DNA of 64,000 nt. Source: Pseudomonadota bacterium (GTDB lineage Bacteria > Pseudomonadota > Alphaproteobacteria > Rhodobacterales > Rhodobacteraceae). The stretch covers positions 12,457 through 76,456 of the forward strand of contig JBCCCZ010000001.1 of assembly GCA_039033255.1 (NCBI GenBank), written 5' to 3'. Below the pieces are notes generated by a model that was not told where the DNA came from, searched no databases, and worked only from the letters and a program-made list of their open reading frames with translations. The translations under genes and the position numbers were made by a program. Below, piece by piece: positions 1 to 9,937 of this stretch (positions are counted from its first letter, which is position 1; every line of letters starts with the position of its first letter).

Positions 1-934
1 ACCGATTGCGCACGATGATCCGATCGCCGCCGGTGCCGGAAATCCGCCGCACCGTGGTGCCCATGGGATCGGCAGAGGTCGCCCCCCAGCGCGGCTCGCC
101 GCCAAGGCGGATCGCGTCCCCCGTGCTCAGCGCCCGTGTCATGGAGGCATAGGTAAACACGTGCAACAGCTGACCTTTGAAGTGCCCAAAGCTGTTGGCA
201 TGCCCATTTACGGCCAGGATCACCTTGGGGGCAGACACGGCACCTGCGGGGGTCTGCGCCGTCCAGGCGCCAATTCGGTCAAGCGATGTGACAGGTGAAT
301 TTTCATAAACGCGCACCCGGTTCGACGCGACACCCGCCGCCACGCCACGCACAAAAAGCGCAGGCTGAATCATTGCAGTGCCGGGTGTATAGAGCCCGCT
401 TTCATAGTAATCCGTGCCGGTCACCGCCCGCATTGCCGCGGCATCGAGCATCTCGCTTGTCTCCCCAAGCGCCGCAAGATGCGCCGCATAGTCGCGATTG
501 TGCTTAGTCCCCTTGGCCGTCGCCGCGCCGTTAAACTTGCCTGTGCGCGTGAAGCTTTCCTCACTCATCCCGTATTCCACCGCCATCTCACCCGCGAAAT
601 CAATGCCCGTACGGTTGATCGCGATCTGCATGCGGTCGCTTTCCGCCTCTCCGCCGTAATCGCCCGACGACAGATCGTGGGGCAGATCGATCATGAAGCC
701 TGAGTTGCGCCCCGCTGGGCCATCGCCCACGCGACAGGCCTCAAGCAGAACGATCCGCGCCTCCGGGTTGAGCTGCGCGAGCCGTCGCACAGCGGCTAGC
801 CCTGCAAAGCCAGCGCCGATCACCAGAAAATCCGCCGTGACACGCTCTTCCAGTACCTGCGGCGCCTGGGCCGTGGGCAGGATCGAATTCCAGGCCGCTG
901 GGCCCGGATCACAGGGGAGGCGCGTCACCTTCAT
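1..934 (-). CDS. FAD-dependent oxidoreductase (DAO/PuuB-like), runs off the left edge of the window
   Basis: Not in the ORF track; hand translation from ATG at 934 gives MKVTRLPCDPGPAAWNSIL...DFLVIGAGFAGLAA...GPAGRNSGFMIDLPH (GxGxxG FAD motif plus GRNSG motif). ATGA overlap with the upstream SDR stop. Confidence 0.85.
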   Translation of the reverse strand, partial: MKVTRLPCDPGPAAWNSILPTAQAPQVLEERVTADFLVIGAGFAGLAAVRRLAQLNPEARIVLLEACRVGDGPAGRNSGFMIDLPHDLSSGDYGGEAESDRMQIAINRTGIDFAGEMAVEYGMSEESFTRTGKFNGAATAKGTKHNRDYAAHLAALGETSEMLDAAAMRAVTGTDYYESGLYTPGTAMIQPALFVRGVAAGVASNRVRVYENSPVTSLDRIGAWTAQTPAGAVSAPKVILAVNGHANSFGHFKGQLLHVFTYASMTRALSTGDAIRLGGEPRWGATSADPMGTTVRRISGTGGDRIIVRNR

Positions 935-1662
935 GGCAGGCTCAATTGGGCCATGCGGCCGCCATCGATGGTGTAGACCTGACCTGTCACAAAACTGGCG
1001 GCATCACTTGCCAGCCAGCAGGTAAGCTCGGCCACCTCATCCGGTTTGCCAGTTCGCCGCACCGGGTGAATGCCGCCGATTTTTTTCCGGAAATCGGCCG
1101 GGCCGGCCATGCTTTCAATGAACGCTTCATTGAGGCCCGTATCAATCCAACCGGGCGCCACAGCATTGCACCGCACACCGTCCACCCCATGATCCACCGC
1201 CACAGCTCGGGTCAGCCCGTGCAGCCCGGCCTTGGACGCCCCATAGGCTGGATGGCGCGGGTTCGATCCCAGCCCTTCGATGGAGCCCACATTCACAATC
1301 GCCCCGCCACCCTCGCGCAGCAGGGGCATGGCATGACGGATCATCAGAAAAGGCGCGGTCAGGTTGACCTGCAGCTGCAGATGCCAGTCATCCAGCGATG
1401 TCTCCTCCACCGTCCCTTCGCGCATGACACCGGCATTGTTGATCAGGATGTCCAGCTGACTCGCCTTCCCGATTATCTCTTCGATCACACGCTCAGGCGC
1501 AGTGGGCTGCGAAAAATCCGCTTCGATGTCCTCATGCGCCGATGCCCCGCGCTGCGCTGCAAAGACCCGCGCGCCGCGACCCGCCAGCATCCGCGCTGTC
1601 GCCGCCCCCATGCCCGAAGATGCACCTGTCACCAAAGCCACTTTGCCCGCGAAATCCGTCAT
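931..1662 (-). CDS. short-chain dehydrogenase/reductase (SDR)
   Basis: TGASSGMG, NNAG, YGASK, NAVAPG motifs. Start moved to MTDFAGK, which overlaps the upstream stop (ATGA). Confidence 0.92.
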   Translation of the reverse strand: MTDFAGKVALVTGASSGMGAATARMLAGRGARVFAAQRGASAHEDIEADFSQPTAPERVIEEIIGKASQLDILINNAGVMREGTVEETSLDDWHLQLQVNLTAPFLMIRHAMPLLREGGGAIVNVGSIEGLGSNPRHPAYGASKAGLHGLTRAVAVDHGVDGVRCNAVAPGWIDTGLNEAFIESMAGPADFRKKIGGIHPVRRTGKPDEVAELTCWLASDAASFVTGQVYTIDGGRMAQLSLP

Positions 1663-2390
1663 AGAACGGCCTTCCCGCCATTCACCTCCACCAGCGCGCC
1701 GCACATGTAGCGGGCAGCATCAGAGGCCAGGAACGCGATGACATCCGCCACCTCTTCGGGCTCGGCAATATGGCCCAGGGGCACGGTTTCGCCCAACTCC
1801 GCCACCGCGCGGTCAGGATCAAACCCCCGCCTTGCAAATCCGCTGCGCAGCATGGGCGTATTCACCTCATTGGGACAGACAGCATTCACCCGGATCCCCT
1901 GATGGGCATGATCGCGGCCCAGGCACTGGGTAAGCGAGGCAAGCGCGGCCTTCGACATGACGTAAAGGGGATGGTTCGGCCCCGGGCGCAGACCCCAGCA
2001 GGACGACGTGTTCACAATCGCCCCGCCACCCTTTGCTGCCATGATCGGGATGGCAGCACGGCAGATGCGAAACGGGGCCTCTACATTCACCCCCATTGTC
2101 AGCGCATAATCGGAATCCGTCGCCTCGGTAATATCCCCCCGCGTGATCACACCTGCATTGTTGAAGAGCAAGTCCAGCCCGCCCAGCCGCTCCTCCGCCC
2201 TTGCGGGCAGGGCGTCGCAGAAACCGGCATCGAGCAGATCACCGTCCAGATGCGCCTCCGCCTCGACCATGCCACTGTGACGATCACTGACCGCCACGCG
2301 CGCGCCTTCCCGGCGCAGAAGCTCCACCAATGCCGCGCCAATGCCGCCTGCGGCTCCGGTCACCATAGCGGTCTTGCCCTCAAACCGCAT
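1659..2390 (-). CDS. short-chain dehydrogenase/reductase (SDR)
   Basis: TGAAGGIG, NNAG, YVMSK, NAVCP motifs. Confidence 0.92.
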   Translation of the reverse strand: MRFEGKTAMVTGAAGGIGAALVELLRREGARVAVSDRHSGMVEAEAHLDGDLLDAGFCDALPARAEERLGGLDLLFNNAGVITRGDITEATDSDYALTMGVNVEAPFRICRAAIPIMAAKGGGAIVNTSSCWGLRPGPNHPLYVMSKAALASLTQCLGRDHAHQGIRVNAVCPNEVNTPMLRSGFARRGFDPDRAVAELGETVPLGHIAEPEEVADVIAFLASDAARYMCGALVEVNGGKAVL

Positions 2391-2393
2391 GGA

Positions 2394-3500
2394 TCAGCCC
2401 CCGTAAGACACAACCGGCGCGCCGAAGCGGTCGGGATCAATGATGAGCCCAAGCCCCGCGCCTTTGGGCAAATCGATATGACCGCTCTTAATCTTAATCC
2501 CGCCGGATGTGTCGTAATGTTCGTCAATGTAGGGCGCCGCGAGCCACGCTCCCTCCATCCGGCGAGGATCCACCGTGGCGGCGATATGCGTGCAAGCGGC
2601 GGCAATGATATCCCCGCCCCAGCTGTCATCGCAGGTATGCGGCAGGTTGCGCGCGGCGCAGATATCGCGAAAGGCGGTCATGGGCAGCAGACCCCCGATC
2701 CGCGTCACCTTCATCCCGAACCCGTCCACCAATTCGCGGCCCACGGCCTTGATCACGGTCGCCAGATCGACGCTGCTTTCGTCCATGTAGATGGCGTGAT
2801 TCACCTGGCCTCGGATCTTCTCGAGATCCTCTACCCGATCGCAGGGTTGTTCCATGATGAAGGGGATATCAGGGCATTCCCGGCTGACCCGCAGCGCATC
2901 GCGCGTGGTCCAGCCCCGGTTGCCATCGACCGCCAAACGCATGCGCCCGCCTATGGTCTGCCAGACTTTGCGGATCACCTCGATATCCACTTCAACCGGC
3001 CGCCCGCCGACCTTGACTTGCAGCCGGGGATAGCCTTCGTCAGCTCTTTCCTTGGCAATCCGCGCGATTTCATCGGCGGGGCCGACGCCGGTGGCATAGT
3101 AGGAGGCCACAGTCTCAGTCACCGCGCCACCCAAGAGATCGGCCACCCGCAGCCCGGTGGCCTTGCCCATCAGATCATAGGTCGCGATATCGAGAGCCGC
3201 CTTGGCGTAGTTGTGCCCATTGAGCGCCCCATCCATCGCGCGGCGCACCGGGATGGGGGCCGCATCTACACCAATCAAGGCAGGGGCCAGTTCCGCCAAC
3301 GCGGCCCGCGCGCCACCGGCGTGCGATTCCGCGTAAGTGGGCCCCACAGGGCAGGTCTCCCCCCAGCCCTCATGGCCTGTATCCGAGACCATGCGCACCA
3401 ATGTAGTATCCAGCGCGTAGACCTTGGAGTTGGCCATCGTGTAGGGGCCGTTTTTCACCGGCAGGTCATGGGTGTAGACGTGAACTTCCTTTATCTTCAT
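2394..3500 (-). CDS. hpbD: enolase-superfamily 4-hydroxyproline betaine 2-epimerase / proline betaine racemase (HpbD-like)
   Basis: [55 protein letters not shown] match my recollection of HpbD sequences. Confidence 0.8.
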   Translation of the reverse strand: MKIKEVHVYTHDLPVKNGPYTMANSKVYALDTTLVRMVSDTGHEGWGETCPVGPTYAESHAGGARAALAELAPALIGVDAAPIPVRRAMDGALNGHNYAKAALDIATYDLMGKATGLRVADLLGGAVTETVASYYATGVGPADEIARIAKERADEGYPRLQVKVGGRPVEVDIEVIRKVWQTIGGRMRLAVDGNRGWTTRDALRVSRECPDIPFIMEQPCDRVEDLEKIRGQVNHAIYMDESSVDLATVIKAVGRELVDGFGMKVTRIGGLLPMTAFRDICAARNLPHTCDDSWGGDIIAAACTHIAATVDPRRMEGAWLAAPYIDEHYDTSGGIKIKSGHIDLPKGAGLGLIIDPDRFGAPVVSYGG

Positions 3501-3503
3501 GAG

Positions 3504-5057
3504 TCATTGATCCTGATTGAGCGCGTCCGCTGCCGGAATTTCCCGCTCCCGCCGCGCGATGTAATCCAGAAGCGCCTCATTCACGCCGTCGTCGAGCTTC
3601 GGTTCCTGATAGGAGTTGAGCAGGTTCTTGGTGTAGGCGAGCGCACGTTCATTGGCCTCCACCGCGCCTTCGGCCACCCATTGTTCGATGGAATTGTTGT
3701 CAAAGAGCTCCGGCATGAAGAACGCCCGCTGGAAGTTTTCCAACGTGTGCGGGTGGCCCAGATAGTGACCGCCCGGGCCCACATCCGAGACCGCCGCGAC
3801 CGCCTCATCGAAATCGTCCCAACGAATGCCCTCGGCCATGCGGTAAGCCATCGCGCATTGTTCAGCGTCAATCACGAACTTGGCCATGGAACAATGCATG
3901 CCCGCCTCGTTCCAGCCAGCCGAGTGCCACATGTAATTGGTCCCGGCCATCTGCAGCGCCATCAGCGTGGTCGCGCTTTCATAGCCGGCCTGCGCATCCA
4001 GCGTCTTGGCCCCGCCCAACGTATTGGAAGAGCGCCAGGGCACGCCGTAGTACCGCGCCATCTGGCCGATCATCATGTTCATCAGGCTGATCTCTGGCGT
4101 GCCGGCCATGGGCGCGCCAGATTTCATGGAAACCGTCGACAGGTAATGGCCATAGATCGCGGGGCACCCTTTGCGCACAACCTGCGTGTAGGCAAGCGCG
4201 CTCAACGCTTCGGCATTCAGCTGCGCGACGGTTGGCGCAACAGACGCGGGCGTATTGGCCCCGCCCAGCACGAAAGGCGAACAGAGCACAGGCTGGTTGC
4301 GCCGATTGAACGCCCGCATCGCGCCCAGCATGGTTTCGTCCCACACAAGTGGGCTGTTGCCGTTGCAATTGCCCGTCACGACCGGATGCGTCTCAAGAAA
4401 ATCTTCTCCAAACAGGATCGCGCACATGTCGAGAACGTCTTCGGCATTCTTTGGGCTAGTGGTCATCCCCATGAAGGTCTTGTCGGAGTGTTTCATCGAC
4501 GAGTAGGTGATCCGCAGGTGCCGCTGACTGATCGGATGGTCATAGGGCTCCACAATGTGATGGGCGGAGCTGTGCATCGCGGGCAGCATATGCGCCAGCT
4601 TGTGGAAATTCGCCAGATCCTCCAACAGCGGATTGCGACGTTCATCGTTCAGATCGCGCAAGTAAGGCGCACCTGTCATTGGCACGAAAATCGCGTGATC
4701 GCTGCCAAAGGGCAGGTTATTGGCCGGGTTGCGGGCGTGGTAGGTGAAGGTCTCCGGGATCGTGGCGATCAGTTCGCGCACCAGCCCGCGATCCAGATGT
4801 ACCCGGTCGCCGTCCCGGATCTCCGCACCCACACGTGTCCAATCGTCAATCGCGATATCATCTCGGAAGACGACACCCACATCCTCCAGAATGTCCATCG
4901 AGGCCGCATCGACGCGCTCGACCTCCTCAAGGCTCATGGGTTCGGTCAAAGGCATCCGGCGCTTAAGCGCAGGCAGCATGGTGAAATCCCGTGCCTGACG
5001 GTCGGCTTTGCGGGCTCCGCGCCCACGGCGGGTGGTGCCTACGGCCTCTACAGTCAT
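3504..5057 (-). CDS. trimethylamine methyltransferase (MttB) family, non-pyrrolysine (quaternary-amine methyltransferase-like)
   Basis: 517 aa without an internal amber codon; NGNSPLVWD, GANTPASVA, SMKSGAPMAGTPE, DAQAGYESA, VGPGGHYLG motifs. Confidence 0.9.
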   Translation of the reverse strand: MTVEAVGTTRRGRGARKADRQARDFTMLPALKRRMPLTEPMSLEEVERVDAASMDILEDVGVVFRDDIAIDDWTRVGAEIRDGDRVHLDRGLVRELIATIPETFTYHARNPANNLPFGSDHAIFVPMTGAPYLRDLNDERRNPLLEDLANFHKLAHMLPAMHSSAHHIVEPYDHPISQRHLRITYSSMKHSDKTFMGMTTSPKNAEDVLDMCAILFGEDFLETHPVVTGNCNGNSPLVWDETMLGAMRAFNRRNQPVLCSPFVLGGANTPASVAPTVAQLNAEALSALAYTQVVRKGCPAIYGHYLSTVSMKSGAPMAGTPEISLMNMMIGQMARYYGVPWRSSNTLGGAKTLDAQAGYESATTLMALQMAGTNYMWHSAGWNEAGMHCSMAKFVIDAEQCAMAYRMAEGIRWDDFDEAVAAVSDVGPGGHYLGHPHTLENFQRAFFMPELFDNNSIEQWVAEGAVEANERALAYTKNLLNSYQEPKLDDGVNEALLDYIARREREIPAADALNQDQ

Positions 5058-5809
5058 GAGGGTGGCTCCATCGACTGAGTGATTTTGTTCAATATTTCAG
5101 GGATTTGATCAAAAACGCCGCTCTCCGCCAGCCCATCCATCATCATCAAGCTGAGCGTATCTGGTGTAGCGAGCTTTGCTGCTGCCTTCCGCAGATCCCC
5201 ATCGCCACCCTCGTGCAGGTCGACGAGAAAAGAAGCGGCGAGCGGTCCTAGATAAGCATCCGGCTGTCTTGTCTGTTCGGCAAGCCACATCCCCCCGGCC
5301 CCGAGCAGGGCCATGGCACCCACGATCATCGTGCAGGCGGCATAGTGCTTGAGGAAAATCTCTTCATCCGGCTGCGGCAGGATCAGGTTCTTGCCACCAA
5401 AAAACCGGGTCAAGGCGGTGGCATCGCCCAGCACCGGCAGGGGGGTATTGCCATGCTCCATCGACGCGAAGGGAATTGTAACGGATATCTCTTCTGCCGG
5501 GGTGCAAATGGCCTGCAGTTCCGCCATGCGAACACCAGCCATGACAGAAACGACCTCAAGATCATCGCGCCAAGGAAGCGCGCCGCAGACCTCTTTCCAG
5601 ACAGCAGGGCGCAGGCACAAAAAGACCGTGTCCACTTCGGCCACCAGATCGTGGTTTTCCGCCACCTGAATGCCCAACCCCTCCGCGACCAACGCGGCAG
5701 ACACTTCTTCATTGCGGCGCGACACGATCACCTGATACCCGTCCCGCGCCACTGAGCGGGCCATATGACTGGCGATATGACCGGTGCCAAGAAACCCGAC
5801 CTTGTTCAT
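5054..5809 (-). CDS. pyrroline-5-carboxylate reductase-like NAD(P)-binding protein
   Basis: VGFLGTGHIA Rossmann motif, FLCLRP, VSVMAG, LATPDTLS (ProC-like C-terminal element). Confidence 0.7.
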   Translation of the reverse strand: MNKVGFLGTGHIASHMARSVARDGYQVIVSRRNEEVSAALVAEGLGIQVAENHDLVAEVDTVFLCLRPAVWKEVCGALPWRDDLEVVSVMAGVRMAELQAICTPAEEISVTIPFASMEHGNTPLPVLGDATALTRFFGGKNLILPQPDEEIFLKHYAACTMIVGAMALLGAGGMWLAEQTRQPDAYLGPLAASFLVDLHEGGDGDLRKAAAKLATPDTLSLMMMDGLAESGVFDQIPEILNKITQSMEPPS

Positions 5810-7296
5810 CCCACGTTATCCCCGTCGGCGGGGTCAGATAGATCCACCCAAATGGTCTTCATTTCCGTGAACTGGTCATGGGCGTGGATGGAATTGTCCC
5901 GCCCGCCAAAGCCCGACTGCTTGTAGCCCCCGAACGGCGTAGAGATATCGCCCTCACCATAGCAATTGACCGTCACGGTGCCCGCCTTGATGTCGCGCGC
6001 GGCCCGCATCGCGCGGCGCACGTTAGACGTGAAGACAGACGCAGCAAGGCCGTATTCGGTGTCATTGGCCAACTGGATTGCCTCATCCATGCTGGCCACT
6101 TCGATCACGCTCAGGACGGGACCGAAAATCTCTTCACGCGCTTTCGGGTCATCCTTCTTCACCTCATAGATCGTAGGTTCGACGAAGGTGCCATCAACCG
6201 TCCCCCCGGCCAATGCTTTGCCGCCCAAGTAGCCGGTGACCTTCTTGGCGTGCTCGTCATCAATCAGCGCGCCCAGTTGGTTCTGCGGGTCCAGCGGATC
6301 GCCCGTCTTCCAGTCTCGCAAGCGGGCCATCACCCGTTCCATCAAAGCCGCCTTGATATCTTTGTGAACGATCAGGCGGCTCCCGGCAGAGCAGTTCTCG
6401 CCCATGTTCCAGAATGCGGCATTGACCACATTCTCGGCCACATGATCGAGGTTTTCCGCATCCTCCAGCACCACAATCGGATTCTTGCCGCCGCATTCCA
6501 GCGTAACTTTTTTCATATTGCTGTCAGCGGCATAGCGCAGGAACCGCTTGCCGGTTTCCGTTGATCCGGTGAAGCTGACCATGTCCACGTCCATGTGCAT
6601 CCCAAGAGGTTCGCCCACGCTTGGGCCATCGCCCGGCAGCACTTGCAAGACGCCACGCGGAATGCCCGCCATATGCGCCACTTCGGCCAGGCGCAGCGCG
6701 GTGAGGCTGGTCTGTTCGGCGGGTTTCACGATCACCGAATTGCCTGCCGCCAGCGCAGGCCCGATCTTCCACGCCAGCATCAGCATCGGGAAATTCCAAG
6801 GCAACACGCAGGCCACGACACCCACCGGTTCGCGGATGATCATGGCCATCGCGTCATCGCCCACGGGCGCGGTTTGGTCATAGATTTTGTCGATCAGTTC
6901 GCCATGCCATTTGATCGTGTGAATCGTTTCTGGGATGTCGATCTCTTCGCAGTCTTTGATGGGCTTGCCGCTGTCGAGGCTTTCCATCACCGCCAATTCA
7001 TGCCGCCGCCGCGTGATCAGCTTGCACAGCCGGATAAGGACATCCTTGCGTTCCGAGGGATGCGCGCGCGACCACCCACCCCGATCAAAAGCTTCGCGGG
7101 CCTTTTGCACGGCAAAATCCACATCCTCAGAGTTTGCGGTGCTGATGGATGTCAACACGTCACCCGTTGCGGGGTTGATCGTATCCACCATGGGGCCGCT
7201 GCCCTTGCGGAATTTGCCATCCACAAAGGGGGTGCCGGGCATGTCAATCTCGGCAGCGATCGCGCCATATTCCTCACGTGTCAGAAGCTCTGTCAT
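5806..7296 (-). CDS. aldehyde dehydrogenase (PuuC-like)
   Basis: PWNFP, FTGSTETG, LECGGK, GENCSAG catalytic Cys, EEIFGPV. Confidence 0.95.
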   Translation of the reverse strand: MTELLTREEYGAIAAEIDMPGTPFVDGKFRKGSGPMVDTINPATGDVLTSISTANSEDVDFAVQKAREAFDRGGWSRAHPSERKDVLIRLCKLITRRRHELAVMESLDSGKPIKDCEEIDIPETIHTIKWHGELIDKIYDQTAPVGDDAMAMIIREPVGVVACVLPWNFPMLMLAWKIGPALAAGNSVIVKPAEQTSLTALRLAEVAHMAGIPRGVLQVLPGDGPSVGEPLGMHMDVDMVSFTGSTETGKRFLRYAADSNMKKVTLECGGKNPIVVLEDAENLDHVAENVVNAAFWNMGENCSAGSRLIVHKDIKAALMERVMARLRDWKTGDPLDPQNQLGALIDDEHAKKVTGYLGGKALAGGTVDGTFVEPTIYEVKKDDPKAREEIFGPVLSVIEVASMDEAIQLANDTEYGLAASVFTSNVRRAMRAARDIKAGTVTVNCYGEGDISTPFGGYKQSGFGGRDNSIHAHDQFTEMKTIWVDLSDPADGDNVG

Positions 7297-8213
7297 CAGC
7301 CCTCTCTCATTATGTTTGCGACGGATGTGTCGAGCGTTCGGATCACCTCTTCCAAACCGCGCTTGTCGTCTTTGTTGAGCGGTTGCAGGGGCCTACGAGG
7401 TGGTCCGGCCGGAATGCCGCGCATGGTAACCCCGTGTTTGATGCATTGAATGAACTTCCCCCCCTGTTCGAGCACGCGCATCAGGGGCATCATTGCAGAC
7501 ATGATCGCGCGACCCTTAGTGTAGTCGCCTTCCAGCACGCAGGTTTTGTAAAGCGCCACATGCGCTTCAGGCGCGAAGTTCGATCCCGCGCAGACCCATC
7601 CGCGCGCGCCCCAGGCGAAGAATTCGAGCGCCTGGTCATCCATTCCGCAGAGCAGACCCAGATGCGGATAGTCCCGCGCAATCAGATGCAGGCGATTGAT
7701 ATCGCCAGAGCTTTCTTTGATCCCACAGAAGTTGGGCGACCGGCCGAGGCGGTCGAGCGTCTCTTCATCCATGTTGACGCCCATCCGGCCGGGATAATTG
7801 TACAGCATCACAGGCAAGTTCGCGGCCCGGTCTATGGCGAGCGCGTGCAGCGCAATCTCGCGCCCGGTGGGGACAGAGTAAGGCGGTGTAGCGATCAGAA
7901 GTGCGTCGGCGCCGATGTCTTTGGCGGCTTTGGCGAATTCGATGCTTTCTTCCGTGCGAAGCGCGCCAGTGCCCATGACCAATGGCACGCGGCCGTCGAT
8001 CATCTTTTTGATTTCTTTCGCCAAATGGATGCGCTCATCAAAGCTCTGAGCGTAGTATTCGCCGGTCGTACCCGCGGTGATGATACCGTGGATGCCTCCC
8101 TTAATCAGATGCTCAACAGTTTGGGCGAGCGCCTCTTCATTGATGGATTGATCGTTATGGCTGGGCGTGACAACCGGGGTCCAGATCCCTTCAAATTGCC
8201 CGTTAAATTGCAT
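7296..8213 (-). CDS. dihydrodipicolinate synthase family lyase/deaminase
   Basis: GTTGE, LYNYP, GIKESSGD motifs; start taken at MQFNG. Confidence 0.9.
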   Translation of the reverse strand: MQFNGQFEGIWTPVVTPSHNDQSINEEALAQTVEHLIKGGIHGIITAGTTGEYYAQSFDERIHLAKEIKKMIDGRVPLVMGTGALRTEESIEFAKAAKDIGADALLIATPPYSVPTGREIALHALAIDRAANLPVMLYNYPGRMGVNMDEETLDRLGRSPNFCGIKESSGDINRLHLIARDYPHLGLLCGMDDQALEFFAWGARGWVCAGSNFAPEAHVALYKTCVLEGDYTKGRAIMSAMMPLMRVLEQGGKFIQCIKHGVTMRGIPAGPPRRPLQPLNKDDKRGLEEVIRTLDTSVANIMREG

Positions 8214-8907
8214 GGGTTGGGTCCTTGATGGTGGGGATGTCAATGGGCAGGGGATCGGGGGCGACGAAGCGCTCCAGACGATCGCGTGACAGGGTCCAGT
8301 GATCGATGGTGAGGGCGACGATTTTATCTATGCGTTGTGTTTCAATAGCTTCGATCATCAGCTCGTGATGGTCGCAGGCGGTGCGGATGCGGGTGGCATC
8401 ATCCTCGGATGTGGGGCGGTAGAAAGTCTGGCTGAGGCGGGTGTGGTCGATCAGCATGCGGTTGAGGCTAGGCAGCAAATAAGGGTTGTGCGCCATCACG
8501 CCGATCTGGTGGTGGAAGCGGTGGTTGAGCAAGGCGGCGTTTTCGGCGTCCCCGGCCTCGGACGCGGTGCGAAATTCGGTTTGAACGCCGCGCAAGGTTT
8601 CGATCTCATCCGGGCGGCGATTTTCGGCGGCGAGGCGAGCAGTGCTGGCGTAAACCATTGGCGCTGTTTGGAAAAACATGCGCATGACGTTGAGGTCCAT
8701 CGAGGCAACCTTGGGTCCGCGGTTGTCAGAAAGCTGCAGATACCCCTCACCTGCGAGACGCTGAAAGATCTCTCGCATCGGGGTGCGGGAGAGGGCGTAG
8801 TGGGTGCAGAGAGCAGCCTCATCCAAATCGCTTCCGGGCGCGATGTCCTGGCGGAGGATGCGCATGCGGAGGTCTTCAAGGCATTGAGATTTGCGAGGAG
8901 TTGGCAT
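8203..8907 (-). CDS. GntR (FCD) family transcriptional regulator
   Basis: LSRTPMREIFQRLAGEG HTH; NHRFH and HNPYL FCD motifs; start taken at MPTPRK. Confidence 0.9.
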   Translation of the reverse strand: MPTPRKSQCLEDLRMRILRQDIAPGSDLDEAALCTHYALSRTPMREIFQRLAGEGYLQLSDNRGPKVASMDLNVMRMFFQTAPMVYASTARLAAENRRPDEIETLRGVQTEFRTASEAGDAENAALLNHRFHHQIGVMAHNPYLLPSLNRMLIDHTRLSQTFYRPTSEDDATRIRTACDHHELMIEAIETQRIDKIVALTIDHWTLSRDRLERFVAPDPLPIDIPTIKDPTHAI

Positions 8908-8923
8908 GGCGCGACTCAGGATC

Positions 8924-8946
8924 TGAATACAAAATGTATACATTCA
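8924..8946. promoter_or_regulatory. putative GntR operator
   Basis: TGAATACA-AAA-TGTATACATTCA, an AT-rich dyad ~17 bp upstream of the gntR start. Confidence 0.45.
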
Positions 8947-9043
8947 GCATTCAGAATCTCAAAACGGAAATTGAGACGGCTCCGAAAATCGACTTTGTAC
9001 AGAATTGCGAAACATGCGATGGGGTTATGGCACGCCTAAATTA

Positions 9044-9889
9044 TCATGCAATATGGGCTTTGGCGGCTTCCAACGTGAAAGGTTGTTCACTCATCAGGCT
9101 TGGGATGCGCGCGGCGGTCTCCTCCACTTGGTCGAGGTCAATCGTAACCTGCACAATGCCGGGTTCCGTGCCGCCATCGCCAAGCACCTCGCCCCATGGA
9201 TTCACGATCAGAGAGTGGCCATAGCATTCACCGCCGCCGGGCACGTCGCCCGTGGCACAGGTGGAGATGACGAAGCGGGTCGTCTCAATGGCGCGGGCAC
9301 GGTTGAGGACGTGCCAATGGGCCTCTCCGGTTTTGCGGGTGAAGGCGGCGGGGCAGATGAGGATGTCCGCGCCGTTTTGGGCGAGCGTGCGGAAAAGGTC
9401 GGGAAAGCGGAGATCGTAACAGATGACGTGACCGACCCGGGCGTGGGGTGTGTCGTGGATGACGGCGCGATTGCCGGGCTCGACGAAGGCGCTTTCGCGA
9501 TAGACCTCAGCGTCGCTCAGCTGGATGTCGAACATGTTGATCTTGTCATAGCGGCCACGGATTTGGCCATGATCGTCCAGCATAATGCCGCGATTGATCA
9601 CCTTTTCACCGGGACCGGTGACGGCGATGGAGCCGAGGTTGATCCAGACGCGGTTGTCACGGGCGAATGCCTGCATGGCGAGGAGAAAGGCGTGATCGTC
9701 TTCATCGGCGAAGGGTGGGCGAACTGCGGGGCCGTCGGTGACCAAACCGCCGCAATATTCGGGCAGAAAGAGCATTTGGGCGCCGTTCTGAACGGCTTTC
9801 TCAGCGAGGGGGAGAACCTCATTCAGCGCTGTTTCCATGGTCGGTTGCGGACGGGTTTGCAGGCAGGCGACGTTGAGGGGGTGGGGCAT
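9044..9889 (-). CDS. carbon-nitrogen hydrolase (Nit1/deaminated glutathione amidase-like)
   Basis: LPEY, YDKINMFD, ICYDLRFP, RARAIE, YGHSLIVNPWG. Confidence 0.92.
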   Translation of the reverse strand: MPHPLNVACLQTRPQPTMETALNEVLPLAEKAVQNGAQMLFLPEYCGGLVTDGPAVRPPFADEDDHAFLLAMQAFARDNRVWINLGSIAVTGPGEKVINRGIMLDDHGQIRGRYDKINMFDIQLSDAEVYRESAFVEPGNRAVIHDTPHARVGHVICYDLRFPDLFRTLAQNGADILICPAAFTRKTGEAHWHVLNRARAIETTRFVISTCATGDVPGGGECYGHSLIVNPWGEVLGDGGTEPGIVQVTIDLDQVEETAARIPSLMSEQPFTLEAAKAHIA

Positions 9890-9937
9890 GGTGGGGCCTT
9901 TGGGATTGAGCGATGCATGAGGCTAGCACGGAACGGG

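Noticed and set aside
3504-5057. Possible pyrrolysine readthrough in mttB
   Set aside because: ORF is uninterrupted, with no in-frame TAG and no pyl genes
1770-5078. 1102-aa plus-strand ORF
   Set aside because: Antisense shadow of the SDR/hpbD/mttB genes, which have clear motifs; no recognisable domain; typical of GC-rich codon bias
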